From: an uncultured Mageeibacillus sp.
Lineage (GTDB): Bacteria > Bacillota > Clostridia > Saccharofermentanales > DTU023
Length of the DNA: 64,000 nt
Assembly (NCBI GenBank): GCA_964606165.1
Contig: CAZSFQ010000006.1
Span: forward strand, 3,035-67,034
Direction: 5' to 3'
The translations under genes and the position numbers were made by a program. This document shows, piece after piece, positions 54,295 to 62,162 of the stretch. How positions within the stretch are numbered: position 1 is the stretch's first letter; every line of letters begins with the position of its first letter. The notes beneath the pieces are model-generated. The model searched no databases, was not told the origin of the DNA, and was given only the letters and a program-made list of their open reading frames with translations.

Positions 54295-55018
54295 TTTCCC
54301 CGCTCCCTTGCTGCCCCTGGACCCGTTCAGCGGAAGACGCGATTCCATAGCGGGCTTCCAATCGGAAGGGATCGGTCACTGCGACACCGCCAGCCAGATC
54401 TTCCAGGGCCAGTTCGATGACCGCCGATGCCCGGATGTAACAAAAAGGTAACGAAGCGTAGACCGTTTCGAAGGGCAGGCGGCCGGTCCTTCCCGGATCC
54501 CTGGCCAGAGCTTCTTCCCACACGGCAATCCCGTCACCTGTCACCAGGATTTTTTCATTTTGCCCCGCCACCGCCGCGATCTCCATCAGCAGGTCGTCGA
54601 TCTTTCGCGGGCTCTCTTCGATCAGCTGCCGGGAGCCGCGGTAGAGTGTTGAAAAGACGCGCCCGCCGCGCGCGTCCAGCAGGGGCGCCGTCAAACCCTT
54701 GCCAGCTCCCGATGACCGCGCCAGCGCCCGCAAGGAGGACACACCCACAGCTTGGGCCCCCGCCGCGTAAGCCATGGCCTGGACGGCGGCAAGGCCAATC
54801 CTGATGCCGGTAAAGGAACCGGGTCCGGCCGCGACTGCGAACAGGCCGACGTCACGGGCAGTCAAATCACAACGGCCAAGCAGTTCATCAACGGCGGGCT
54901 GGAAGGTCACTGAATGGCGATAACCCAAAGCCAGTGAATATTCCCCCAGCAGCTGACCGCCACGGGCAACCGCGACCGAGAGCGTGCGGCCTGAGGTATC
55001 AACACCCAGCGCAATCAT
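54275..55018 (-). CDS. tsaB: tRNA t6A37 biosynthesis protein TsaB
   Basis: MIALGVDTSG...GPGSFTGIRIG. Confidence 0.9.
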   Translation of the reverse strand: MIALGVDTSGRTLSVAVARGGQLLGEYSLALGYRHSVTFQPAVDELLGRCDLTARDVGLFAVAAGPGSFTGIRIGLAAVQAMAYAAGAQAVGVSSLRALARSSGAGKGLTAPLLDARGGRVFSTLYRGSRQLIEESPRKIDDLLMEIAAVAGQNEKILVTGDGIAVWEEALARDPGRTGRLPFETVYASLPFCYIRASAVIELALEDLAGGVAVTDPFRLEARYGIASSAERVQGQQGSGENEVEGT

Positions 55019-55494
55019 GGGCTGCTCCTTCCTGTGCCCTCAATCCTTCTTCCATCAGGGAAATGGATGGTGAACAGTCTCTCCTGAGGATTCTGGCCGT
55101 AACGGATATCAATTTCAATCACCTCTTCGGGCAGGGCCTTGCGTGCGCGGTCGCCCCACTCCAACACCGACACCCAATCCCCGCCGACGTATTCATCTAA
55201 TCCGTTTGCAATGAAATCATCCGCGCCCTCCAGGCGGTAGAGGTCGAAGTGATGAAGGGCAATCCCACCCGCCCTTATCGGCTGGTGGAGGTGGAACAGG
55301 GTAAAGGTCGGACTCGACACATGCCCTTTTATCTCCATGACGCTGGCAATCCCATGCACCAGCGCCGTCTTGCCGGTGCCCAGGCTGCCCGTCAGGATCA
55401 CCACATCTCCCGGTAAAAACGACGAAGCCAGGCTGGCACCAAGATCGAAGGTTTCCCGGGGCGACCGTGTCTTGTACGTCATCTTTTGCGGCAT
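55015..55494 (-). CDS. tsaE: tRNA t6A37 biosynthesis ATPase TsaE
   Basis: LTGSLGTGKTALVHG, SPTFTL and HFDLYRL. The start is uncertain: ATG at 55494 or TTG at 55527. Confidence 0.85.
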   Translation of the reverse strand: MPQKMTYKTRSPRETFDLGASLASSFLPGDVVILTGSLGTGKTALVHGIASVMEIKGHVSSPTFTLFHLHQPIRAGGIALHHFDLYRLEGADDFIANGLDEYVGGDWVSVLEWGDRARKALPEEVIEIDIRYGQNPQERLFTIHFPDGRRIEGTGRSSP

Positions 55495-55535
55495 GGCTCT
55501 TTCATTCTGTTCCGCCTCACGGGACAAGGGACAAA

Positions 55536-55557
55536 AGCCCCGTGCGATGACGGGGCT
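55536..55557 (-). terminator. rho-independent terminator of the rplM-rpsI operon
   Basis: On the minus strand: AGCCCCGT catcgc ACGGGGCT followed by TTTTG. Confidence 0.75.
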
Positions 55558-55583
55558 TCTGTGTAATCTCTGGAGAATCCGCT

Positions 55584-55988
55584 CTACCTCTTGGAGAACT
55601 GGGAAGCTTTTCTCGCCTTTTTGAGGCCTGGTTTCTTGCGCTCCTTGATGCGCGCGTCACGTGTCAGGAAGCCGGCCTTCTTCAATGCCGCCTTGTACTG
55701 TTCCGCATCTGCGTCCACAAGGGCGCGGGATATACCGTGACGGATGGCACCGGCCTGGCCGGCGATTCCGCCTCCGCGTACATTCACGATGACATCATAG
55801 CGTTCCAGGGAACCCGTCGCCGCCAAGGGCTGGCGCACGATAACGCGCAGGGTTTCCACGGGGAAATAGTCCTCAAATGTTTTTTTGTTAACCGTGATGG
55901 TTCCGGAACCGGGATATAACCTGACGCGGGCGACCGCTTCCTTGCGCCTGCCCGTACCGTAAAAATACTGTTTCGTTTGATTCGCCAT
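55584..55988 (-). CDS. rpsI: 30S ribosomal protein S9
   Basis: [14 protein letters not shown]...[19 protein letters not shown]...[18 protein letters not shown]. Confidence 0.95.
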   Translation of the reverse strand: MANQTKQYFYGTGRRKEAVARVRLYPGSGTITVNKKTFEDYFPVETLRVIVRQPLAATGSLERYDVIVNVRGGGIAGQAGAIRHGISRALVDADAEQYKAALKKAGFLTRDARIKERKKPGLKKARKASQFSKR

Positions 55989-56005
55989 GCGATTCTACCC
56001 CCGCC

Positions 56006-56434
56006 CTACAATTCAATTTTAACCGGCTGCTGCGCCTGGTGCTTGTGTTCCGGTCCGGCATATACTTTCAACTTGCGGAACATGGCCCGCCCAAGTGTAT
56101 TCTTGGGCAGCATGCCGCGGACAGCCTTTTCAAGTACGCGTTCCGGATGCTTTTCCATCATCCGTTCGTAGGGAACCTCCCGCAGTCCGCCCGGATAGCC
56201 GGTGTGGCGGCGGTAGAGTTTTTGCTGTTCCTTCTTGCCGGTCAGGACGATTTTATCGGCATTCACCACCACGACAAAATCGCCCATGTCCATGTGGGGT
56301 GTGTATTCCGCTTTGTTCTTGCCGCGCAGGATGGTCGCGATCTCTGTCGCCAGCCGGCCCAGTATCTGGCCTTCCGCGTCGAAGAGATACCATTTGCGAT
56401 CAACATCGCCCGCTTTTGGCATATAGGTCTTCAT
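56006..56434 (-). CDS. rplM: 50S ribosomal protein L13
   Basis: [29 protein letters not shown]... The ORF-track N-terminal extension is not L13-like. Confidence 0.95.
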   Translation of the reverse strand: MKTYMPKAGDVDRKWYLFDAEGQILGRLATEIATILRGKNKAEYTPHMDMGDFVVVVNADKIVLTGKKEQQKLYRRHTGYPGGLREVPYERMMEKHPERVLEKAVRGMLPKNTLGRAMFRKLKVYAGPEHKHQAQQPVKIEL

Positions 56435-56489
56435 GCTAAACGATTGTCCTCCCTGTCTTTGCGCGCCGCACGCCGGCGGCACGAGCCAC

Positions 56490-56518
56490 ATCTTAGCAGG
56501 AGGGGCCCTGTCTGTCAA
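56490..56518 (-). promoter_or_regulatory. rplM-rpsI promoter candidate
   Basis: On the minus strand: TTGACA (56513-56518), 17 nt, then TAAGAT (56490-56495). Confidence 0.55.
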
Positions 56519-56605
56519 CAGGGAATCCAAATATGTCACGAATGCTCACGTAATTGGTCGATTCGAGCCTTTTTCCGGCTTTTTCGTGACTGTCGTGCAC
56601 GATTG

Positions 56606-57871
56606 TCAGCCTTTCCTTTTCGCGTTCAGCCTGGTAATCCAAAGAAGCAGGGCCGTGATGGCAACAACGATGGCCCCGATCACTGCCAGGGCACCCAGGG
56701 CGGCGAGAATGAGAATGACGGGTTTCACTTGCCCGCCGCCGGCGGTGAAAAAGGGATCTTCCTCTACACCTCCCATGTTTCCGGCTTCCGTCTCTTGCGT
56801 CATGGTTGTCGTTTCTTCGGGTTCCTGTCCTTCGGAAGGCAAGGGCGCAAGAAGATCGACATCTTCCCTGAGCGGAACATTCTCCAACCGCGCGGCTTCC
56901 TCCAGGATGGCCCGGACCGGCAGCGCCCTTGCCAGCAAAGGTGTTTCAGGCAAGTCCAGGGAAGTGATTCCCATGGCCGCGCAGATTAGATGACGGTCGT
57001 CAACTGTCAGGCCCGATCCCACCAGACACTTGCCTGCCTGTGGAGTAGTGCCCGTTTTGACCCCCGTGTACTGTTTGAAGTACTGGGATTGCAGAAAGTC
57101 CGCGCCGTAGATAATGAGCGCGTTGGTGTTGCTCAAGGTGCCCCACCAGGCTTCAGGATGCTCAAAGTTAGCGGGAAGCCTGTAATAATGCAGTGAACAG
57201 ACCTGGGCGATCAAAGGGTGCTTCATGGCTTCGGCCGCGATCAGCGCCAGGTCGCGGGCGGTCGTGAAATGGCTTCCGTCCCCCTCGTCAAAGCCGGCAG
57301 GATTGGTAAAATTCGTCGAGTTAGCCCCGATCTCAGCTGCCCGGCGGTTCATGCGTTCGACAAAGAGAGCCTGTGACCGGACAGGATCGCTCTCCCGTTC
57401 GGGGTCAACCGCTCCGTACGCGCCGCCGTAGTTTTGCGCGATTATCCGCGCGATATCGTTGGCTGAGGCGACCAGCAAGGCGGCCAGGCAGTCGGCGGTA
57501 CGCAGCTGATCCCCTGCCTTCAGCCCCTTCAGCCTGACAGAGCTCGGATCAGAGAATACAAGTGCCCCTTCTGAAACGGTCAAGAGCTTGTCCGGATCGA
57601 AATTCTCATCCTCTACCAGGACCAGGGCCGTCATGATCTTGGTTGTGCTGGCGTTGGCTCGCTTCCTGTCGGGATTCTTGGACAGAATTTCCTGGCCTGT
57701 TTCCGCGTCTATCACGCAATAAGCTTCAACAGATACCTCGTCAAAGGCCGGCCAGCCCAAGTGATCGACGGCATGAATAGCCACAGGGGCCATGCCCTGT
57801 GTCAGCACCAACAAGGCGAGCAAGACCACAGACCACAAGTACCGGGCCCTGTTCTTTTTTCCGTTCATCAT
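56606..57871 (-). CDS. D-alanyl-D-alanine carboxypeptidase (S11, PBP5/DacB-like) with a C-terminal TM anchor
   Basis: Signal peptide, SxxK (ASTTKIM), SxN (SAND) and KTG (VKTGTT). The C-terminus has an acidic linker and a hydrophobic helix. Confidence 0.85.
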   Translation of the reverse strand: MMNGKKNRARYLWSVVLLALLVLTQGMAPVAIHAVDHLGWPAFDEVSVEAYCVIDAETGQEILSKNPDRKRANASTTKIMTALVLVEDENFDPDKLLTVSEGALVFSDPSSVRLKGLKAGDQLRTADCLAALLVASANDIARIIAQNYGGAYGAVDPERESDPVRSQALFVERMNRRAAEIGANSTNFTNPAGFDEGDGSHFTTARDLALIAAEAMKHPLIAQVCSLHYYRLPANFEHPEAWWGTLSNTNALIIYGADFLQSQYFKQYTGVKTGTTPQAGKCLVGSGLTVDDRHLICAAMGITSLDLPETPLLARALPVRAILEEAARLENVPLREDVDLLAPLPSEGQEPEETTTMTQETEAGNMGGVEEDPFFTAGGGQVKPVILILAALGALAVIGAIVVAITALLLWITRLNAKRKG

Positions 57872-57899
57872 CTCATTCCCCTTTTCAAAGGATCGTCCC

Positions 57900-59363
57900 T
57901 CAGCGGCCCGCGTCCTGCGAGTTCAGCAGTTGGTATACCGCTTCTTCAATTGAACCGGTCAAGACAGGCCAATCGGCCCCCTGACTGTCTTCAGATATTT
58001 TCGCCAGTGATGGCCAAAGAGGAACGTCCGTCTCCTCTGAAACCATACGGATCGCTTCCATCCTGCCCGCTTCTTTCCCGAAAATGGCACGGGCGCACAC
58101 GGCAGCGTCTAAAAGCGGTGAGCGTTCCTGGACATAACAGACAGCGGAATCCGCTTTCTGATCCGCGTGTTTTGCCCAGCAGGCGATGGCGTCAGCCGTG
58201 TCACGGCCAACCAGGTAGTCGGTCTGATCATAAACTGTCCTGATCAGTCTAAGGCAATATTTGTAATCGCAGGATCCCACGACAATCGATTGGTTCAGAA
58301 GCTGGATCTCGTCTTCAGAAAGCAGCTGTTCTCCGGGATTGGCCGCCTGTTGACAAAGATGGCCGGTCTTCTCGCCGTCACGACCCGTCACCTCATAAAA
58401 GAGCCGTTCCAGATTGACCGGGAAATCCATGCCGGTAATACCGGGCCGCTTCCTTTTTACCGGCTGGGCCGATTTGCCTGTTCGGAAGAGCGGCATCAGG
58501 GACGCCGGTTCGCTCTCTCCAACATAGACGGTTCCCAGGGGAATCTGCAAAATGCTGGCGTAGACCAGGCCGGCCACGAAACTGAGATGGTCCTTTGCTA
58601 CCGCGAAATCCAGTACTTTCTCTTCACCCGAGAATTCTGCAATGGAGGCCGCGACAGCTGTTGCCAGCGCGCCGGCGGTCAGTACCTCCAGCAGGTGGCC
58701 AGGGCCCATGAAGAGCGGGGCAAAGCCACGGCGGCTCAACTTTTCCTCAAACGACGGCTCAGCGGCCAGCCGGGCAAATTCACGGTAGCGCGCGTCGAAA
58801 CCCTCTTCGAACAGCCGGACCTGCTCCCGGCCCGAGACGCGGCCGGCAAGCTCCCCGCCCCGCGCACCGCCGGTGGACAGGAAGAGTATCTTGAGCAGAT
58901 CCGTTTCGCCTCCCGCCAAGGAGACAAGGCTGTCTTCAGGCAAAAGCGCCATGACAAGCCTGGTGTGTTCCGTCTTTGGCAAAAGCGGCCACAACTTTGA
59001 AAACACTGCATGGGTCAGATCGGCAAGACTTCCGGTTGGCATTTGATCGGCGTTGATCAGGAAATAGCGGTCAAGATAATCGTTCAGCCTCGTCAAGGGC
59101 AGCCTCGGCACCTGGTCCATGCCCTCCAATGAACGGAAGGCATCACGAACCACAGCCTCCCAGCTTACAAGCGGCAGGTCGGGCAAAAAGCGATGATAGA
59201 AAGCGGCCATGACTTCCTGAAAGGGCATCCCCTTCAGGGATGAGAGAGAGAGAGGCTCCGGGGGGCTTTCAGGCACGTAGAGTCCGCCCGCCCTGGAAAT
59301 GCCCCTGCAGACCGCCTCAATGCCGCTGACCGGTGGCCCTCCCCTTGTGCTCACATATTGCAT
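57900..59363 (-). CDS. threonine synthase-like protein lacking the PLP-lysine and phosphate-loop motifs (probable pseudoenzyme)
   Basis: The N-terminus MQYVSTRGG...GLYVPES is the Thr_synth_N signature, and homology continues to the C-terminus (MDFPVNLERLFYEVTG). However, PTLAFKD is PTGSLAD, SGDTG is TGGARG, and P(S/T)GNFG is AKDHLS. Confidence 0.65.
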   Translation of the reverse strand: MQYVSTRGGPPVSGIEAVCRGISRAGGLYVPESPPEPLSLSSLKGMPFQEVMAAFYHRFLPDLPLVSWEAVVRDAFRSLEGMDQVPRLPLTRLNDYLDRYFLINADQMPTGSLADLTHAVFSKLWPLLPKTEHTRLVMALLPEDSLVSLAGGETDLLKILFLSTGGARGGELAGRVSGREQVRLFEEGFDARYREFARLAAEPSFEEKLSRRGFAPLFMGPGHLLEVLTAGALATAVAASIAEFSGEEKVLDFAVAKDHLSFVAGLVYASILQIPLGTVYVGESEPASLMPLFRTGKSAQPVKRKRPGITGMDFPVNLERLFYEVTGRDGEKTGHLCQQAANPGEQLLSEDEIQLLNQSIVVGSCDYKYCLRLIRTVYDQTDYLVGRDTADAIACWAKHADQKADSAVCYVQERSPLLDAAVCARAIFGKEAGRMEAIRMVSEETDVPLWPSLAKISEDSQGADWPVLTGSIEEAVYQLLNSQDAGR

Positions 59364-59381
59364 GGCCCGCGACTCCTCATC

Positions 59382-60272
59382 CTATTTGCCACTATCTTGT
59401 GGGAAAGTCCTGCGATACAGATCCAGTATCTCAGCAACCGGGGCATCTTCACTTCGCTCGTCAAGGATGCGCTCCAACCATTCGAGTTGTTCGCGGCGAG
59501 CTTCGTTTCGGACAATCATGGGCCGGATCACAAAATAAAAGACAAGAAAAAGGACAGAAGAGACGATGACCGCTATCAGCAGGCCCTGGACCAGCCGGGA
59601 CACTTTCCCGTGCACCCGCCTTGCGCCCGGGGACAGCCCCTCTTCCATGCGCAGAACTTCATCCTGCTCACGCCTGCCGGCCATCTGCACACGCCCTGTC
59701 CCCTGCTCATCAGCTGCCCTCTGGAGAATGCCGCTTCTTGCCATATGCGCCCGGACGGGAGCGAGCTTCTGTTCCTTGCGCCTTTTCGAACTGTCGCGCG
59801 CCTGCTCCCGGATACGTTCCTCGCGAGCGGCCAGCCGGCAGCGATCAACGGTCCGGGCCAGAGAAGTGTCGGGCGCGGCCAGGAGAACTTTTTCGAACTG
59901 TTCCTCCGCTGCCCGGTAACGCCGCTCTCTTGCTAAAAGAACACCGTAGAGTGAAGATGCTTCCGCGAACTGCGGCCAGTTGGCAGTCACTTTTTCCAGC
60001 GCGATCATGGCAACATCGGCATTTCCTGTTGTCGCCTGACGCAAGGCCCGGTTGTAGACAGACAGGAGGCGCTCCACCTCACTTTCGGAAGCCACCAGAT
60101 CCCCCGGAAGCGAATCGAGTTCCCGGTAAGAAGAAAGCACCCGATCCCAGTCGAGCGTTTCCGTTTTGCTTTTTGCCGGCTGCAAGGGCCGGTCAGTCTG
60201 GTTTGGCCGCAAGGAAACCCCACCTTTCCATCCAATGGGTCTACCGGTCTGGCCGGTTATCCAGCGTATCAA
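59382..60272 (-). CDS. hypothetical TPR-like protein with a single TM helix near the C-terminus
   Basis: A TPR-like segment (LEKVTANWPQFAEASSLYGVLLARERRYRAAEEQFEKVL), a charged region and a TM helix LLIAVIVSSVLFLVFYFVI. The start (TTG at 60272) is uncertain. Confidence 0.5.
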   Translation of the reverse strand: MIRWITGQTGRPIGWKGGVSLRPNQTDRPLQPAKSKTETLDWDRVLSSYRELDSLPGDLVASESEVERLLSVYNRALRQATTGNADVAMIALEKVTANWPQFAEASSLYGVLLARERRYRAAEEQFEKVLLAAPDTSLARTVDRCRLAAREERIREQARDSSKRRKEQKLAPVRAHMARSGILQRAADEQGTGRVQMAGRREQDEVLRMEEGLSPGARRVHGKVSRLVQGLLIAVIVSSVLFLVFYFVIRPMIVRNEARREQLEWLERILDERSEDAPVAEILDLYRRTFPQDSGK

Positions 60273-60314
60273 GGACTATTAAACCACAAGAGCCGCGGAT
60301 GAAAAACAGAAGGA

Positions 60315-62162
60315 CTACTTTTTAACGCCCTCCCGTACCAGGGGGCGGACTACTCCTGCCAGATAAAGTGAACCGCAAATACAGATCATGGCGCCCTTTT
60401 TCCGCGCCCGGCTGACCGCTTCCGCCATGGCCTGCCCAATGTCCGGCAGGTCAATCAACTGCATGCGCATTGGATCAGGCACAATGGATGCCAGTTCCTC
60501 AATCAGTTTTTTTGCTTCAATGCGCCTCACGTCAGGTGGTTCGGTCGTAATGACATCAGTAACTGTATAGGGCGGATCCAGGAAGAGGGCCTGAAGCATT
60601 TCCTTGTGTTCTTTGTCTTTCAGAAGACCGATGACAAAGACAACCGGTCTGTCACCGGCAAGTTTCCCCAGCGCTTCCCGCAGTCCGAGCCCCGCCTGCA
60701 CATTGTGCGCGCCATCGAGCAGGATGAGGGGATCCTGTGCCACAACCTCCATACGGGCAGGCCAGACACAGTCCGCGATCCCGTGCTGGACCGCGGCCTG
60801 ATCCGCCATGCCGGCAGAAAGCGCCGCCTCTCCCGCCATCAAGGCGTAGATGGGCTGGTAGGGGCCGAGGAGCCGGGTCCTGTACAGACGGCCATCTTTT
60901 TTTGCCTGAAACTCCTGCCCGGACCAGCCATAGGACAAAAGACCGAAGTCATGGTAGCCAAGGTAGGTAAGCGGCGCCGAAAGAGCCTGACAACGCTGGT
61001 CAAGCACCCGCCGGGCCTCAGCCGCGTCGGACGCAGAGAGCAGGGCATCCTCAGGCGCGTAGGCAAAGACGGGGCATCCCTCTTTAATAATACCCGCCTT
61101 TTCTCCCGCGATCTCGCGCATGGTATTTCCCAGCCGCTCCATGTGGTCGAAGCCTAGGGCTCCTATCAGGGAGGCCAGCGGCTTTTCAATCACATTGGTC
61201 GAATCAAGGCGGCCGCCCATGCCCGTTTCCAAAACAAGGACGTCACAGGCCTGCTCCTGAAACCATAGAAAGGCCAGCGCCGTCATCATGTCAAACTGGG
61301 TCGAGGCCACCCCGTCCCTTGCGGCAATGACCCGCGCCGCTTCCCCAATTTTGTCCATCAGGCGGCCGATTTCGGCATCCGGTATTTCTCCGTATGTCTG
61401 ATCCCCGTCATAACGGGCCAGATCCTTCACACCATCCAGGACACGGACCCTTTCATTGAAGCGTTCCAGGTAAGGTGAAGTGTACCAGCCGACCTTATGG
61501 CCAGCCTGGCACAGGATATGGGTCAGGTAGCTGCTGATTGAACCCTTGCCGTTTGTCCCCGCGATATGAAAGGCGGGACAGGATCGCCACGGGTCACCCA
61601 ACTCCCGGTAAAGCACCGACCCGCGGTCGCGTTTGTCGCTGTCAGGAAATTTGTTGGCACTTTGTATCATGGCAATGGCGCGGTCAAGCAGATCCTGTGG
61701 ATCCGGCCCGGGATCATCAGCCTCCCCGGCTGAACGAAAGACATAAAATTTCCCCGAGATACGGTTGGCCAGGACAACGAAGGCCAGCGCCACCAGTTTT
61801 GCCAGATCCAGCATGCCCGGGATCAGGACTATCTGCCAGTTCAGCAAATGATTCATCAGGTAGATGCCTGCATATTCAAAAACAAATGAAATCGTCAGCC
61901 TGGACCCGACAAAACGGATAAATTCCTGCCACACGCTGGATGTCGACCGGAAAACCCAGATACGGTTCAAAATGTAAGCCGACAATACAGACAGGACGAT
62001 GGCGGGGACATCGGAGTAATACCACTTGTCAAGACCCAGCCACCGGTTCATGAGCATATAGACCAGCACATTGACAATGGTGGCAATGACGCCGGTTACA
62101 AAATATTTCAAAAATTCAATCGAAAAAAACAGCTCGGTTAAGTAGTATCTTGCTTTTTTCAT
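60315..62162 (-). CDS. folC: fusion of a GtrA-like four-TM domain with folylpolyglutamate synthase/dihydrofolate synthase
   Basis: Residues 1-145 are GtrA-like (FLKYFVTGVIATIVNVLVY...LNRIWVFRS...NRISGKFYVFRS). The rest is FolC (HIAGTNGKGS, LETGMGGRLDSTN, LDGAHN). It is one uninterrupted ORF, and its ATG overlaps the upstream stop codon (ATGA). Confidence 0.8.
   Translation of the reverse strand: MKKARYYLTELFFSIEFLKYFVTGVIATIVNVLVYMLMNRWLGLDKWYYSDVPAIVLSVLSAYILNRIWVFRSTSSVWQEFIRFVGSRLTISFVFEYAGIYLMNHLLNWQIVLIPGMLDLAKLVALAFVVLANRISGKFYVFRSAGEADDPGPDPQDLLDRAIAMIQSANKFPDSDKRDRGSVLYRELGDPWRSCPAFHIAGTNGKGSISSYLTHILCQAGHKVGWYTSPYLERFNERVRVLDGVKDLARYDGDQTYGEIPDAEIGRLMDKIGEAARVIAARDGVASTQFDMMTALAFLWFQEQACDVLVLETGMGGRLDSTNVIEKPLASLIGALGFDHMERLGNTMREIAGEKAGIIKEGCPVFAYAPEDALLSASDAAEARRVLDQRCQALSAPLTYLGYHDFGLLSYGWSGQEFQAKKDGRLYRTRLLGPYQPIYALMAGEAALSAGMADQAAVQHGIADCVWPARMEVVAQDPLILLDGAHNVQAGLGLREALGKLAGDRPVVFVIGLLKDKEHKEMLQALFLDPPYTVTDVITTEPPDVRRIEAKKLIEELASIVPDPMRMQLIDLPDIGQAMAEAVSRARKKGAMICICGSLYLAGVVRPLVREGVKK

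Noticed and set aside
56561-56590. AGCC-TTTTTCC-GGCT-TTTTC hairpin between the dac gene and the rplM promoter.
   Set aside because: The stem is only 4 bp, and the T-run is on the plus strand, where no gene ends. It is not a credible terminator for the minus-strand dac gene.
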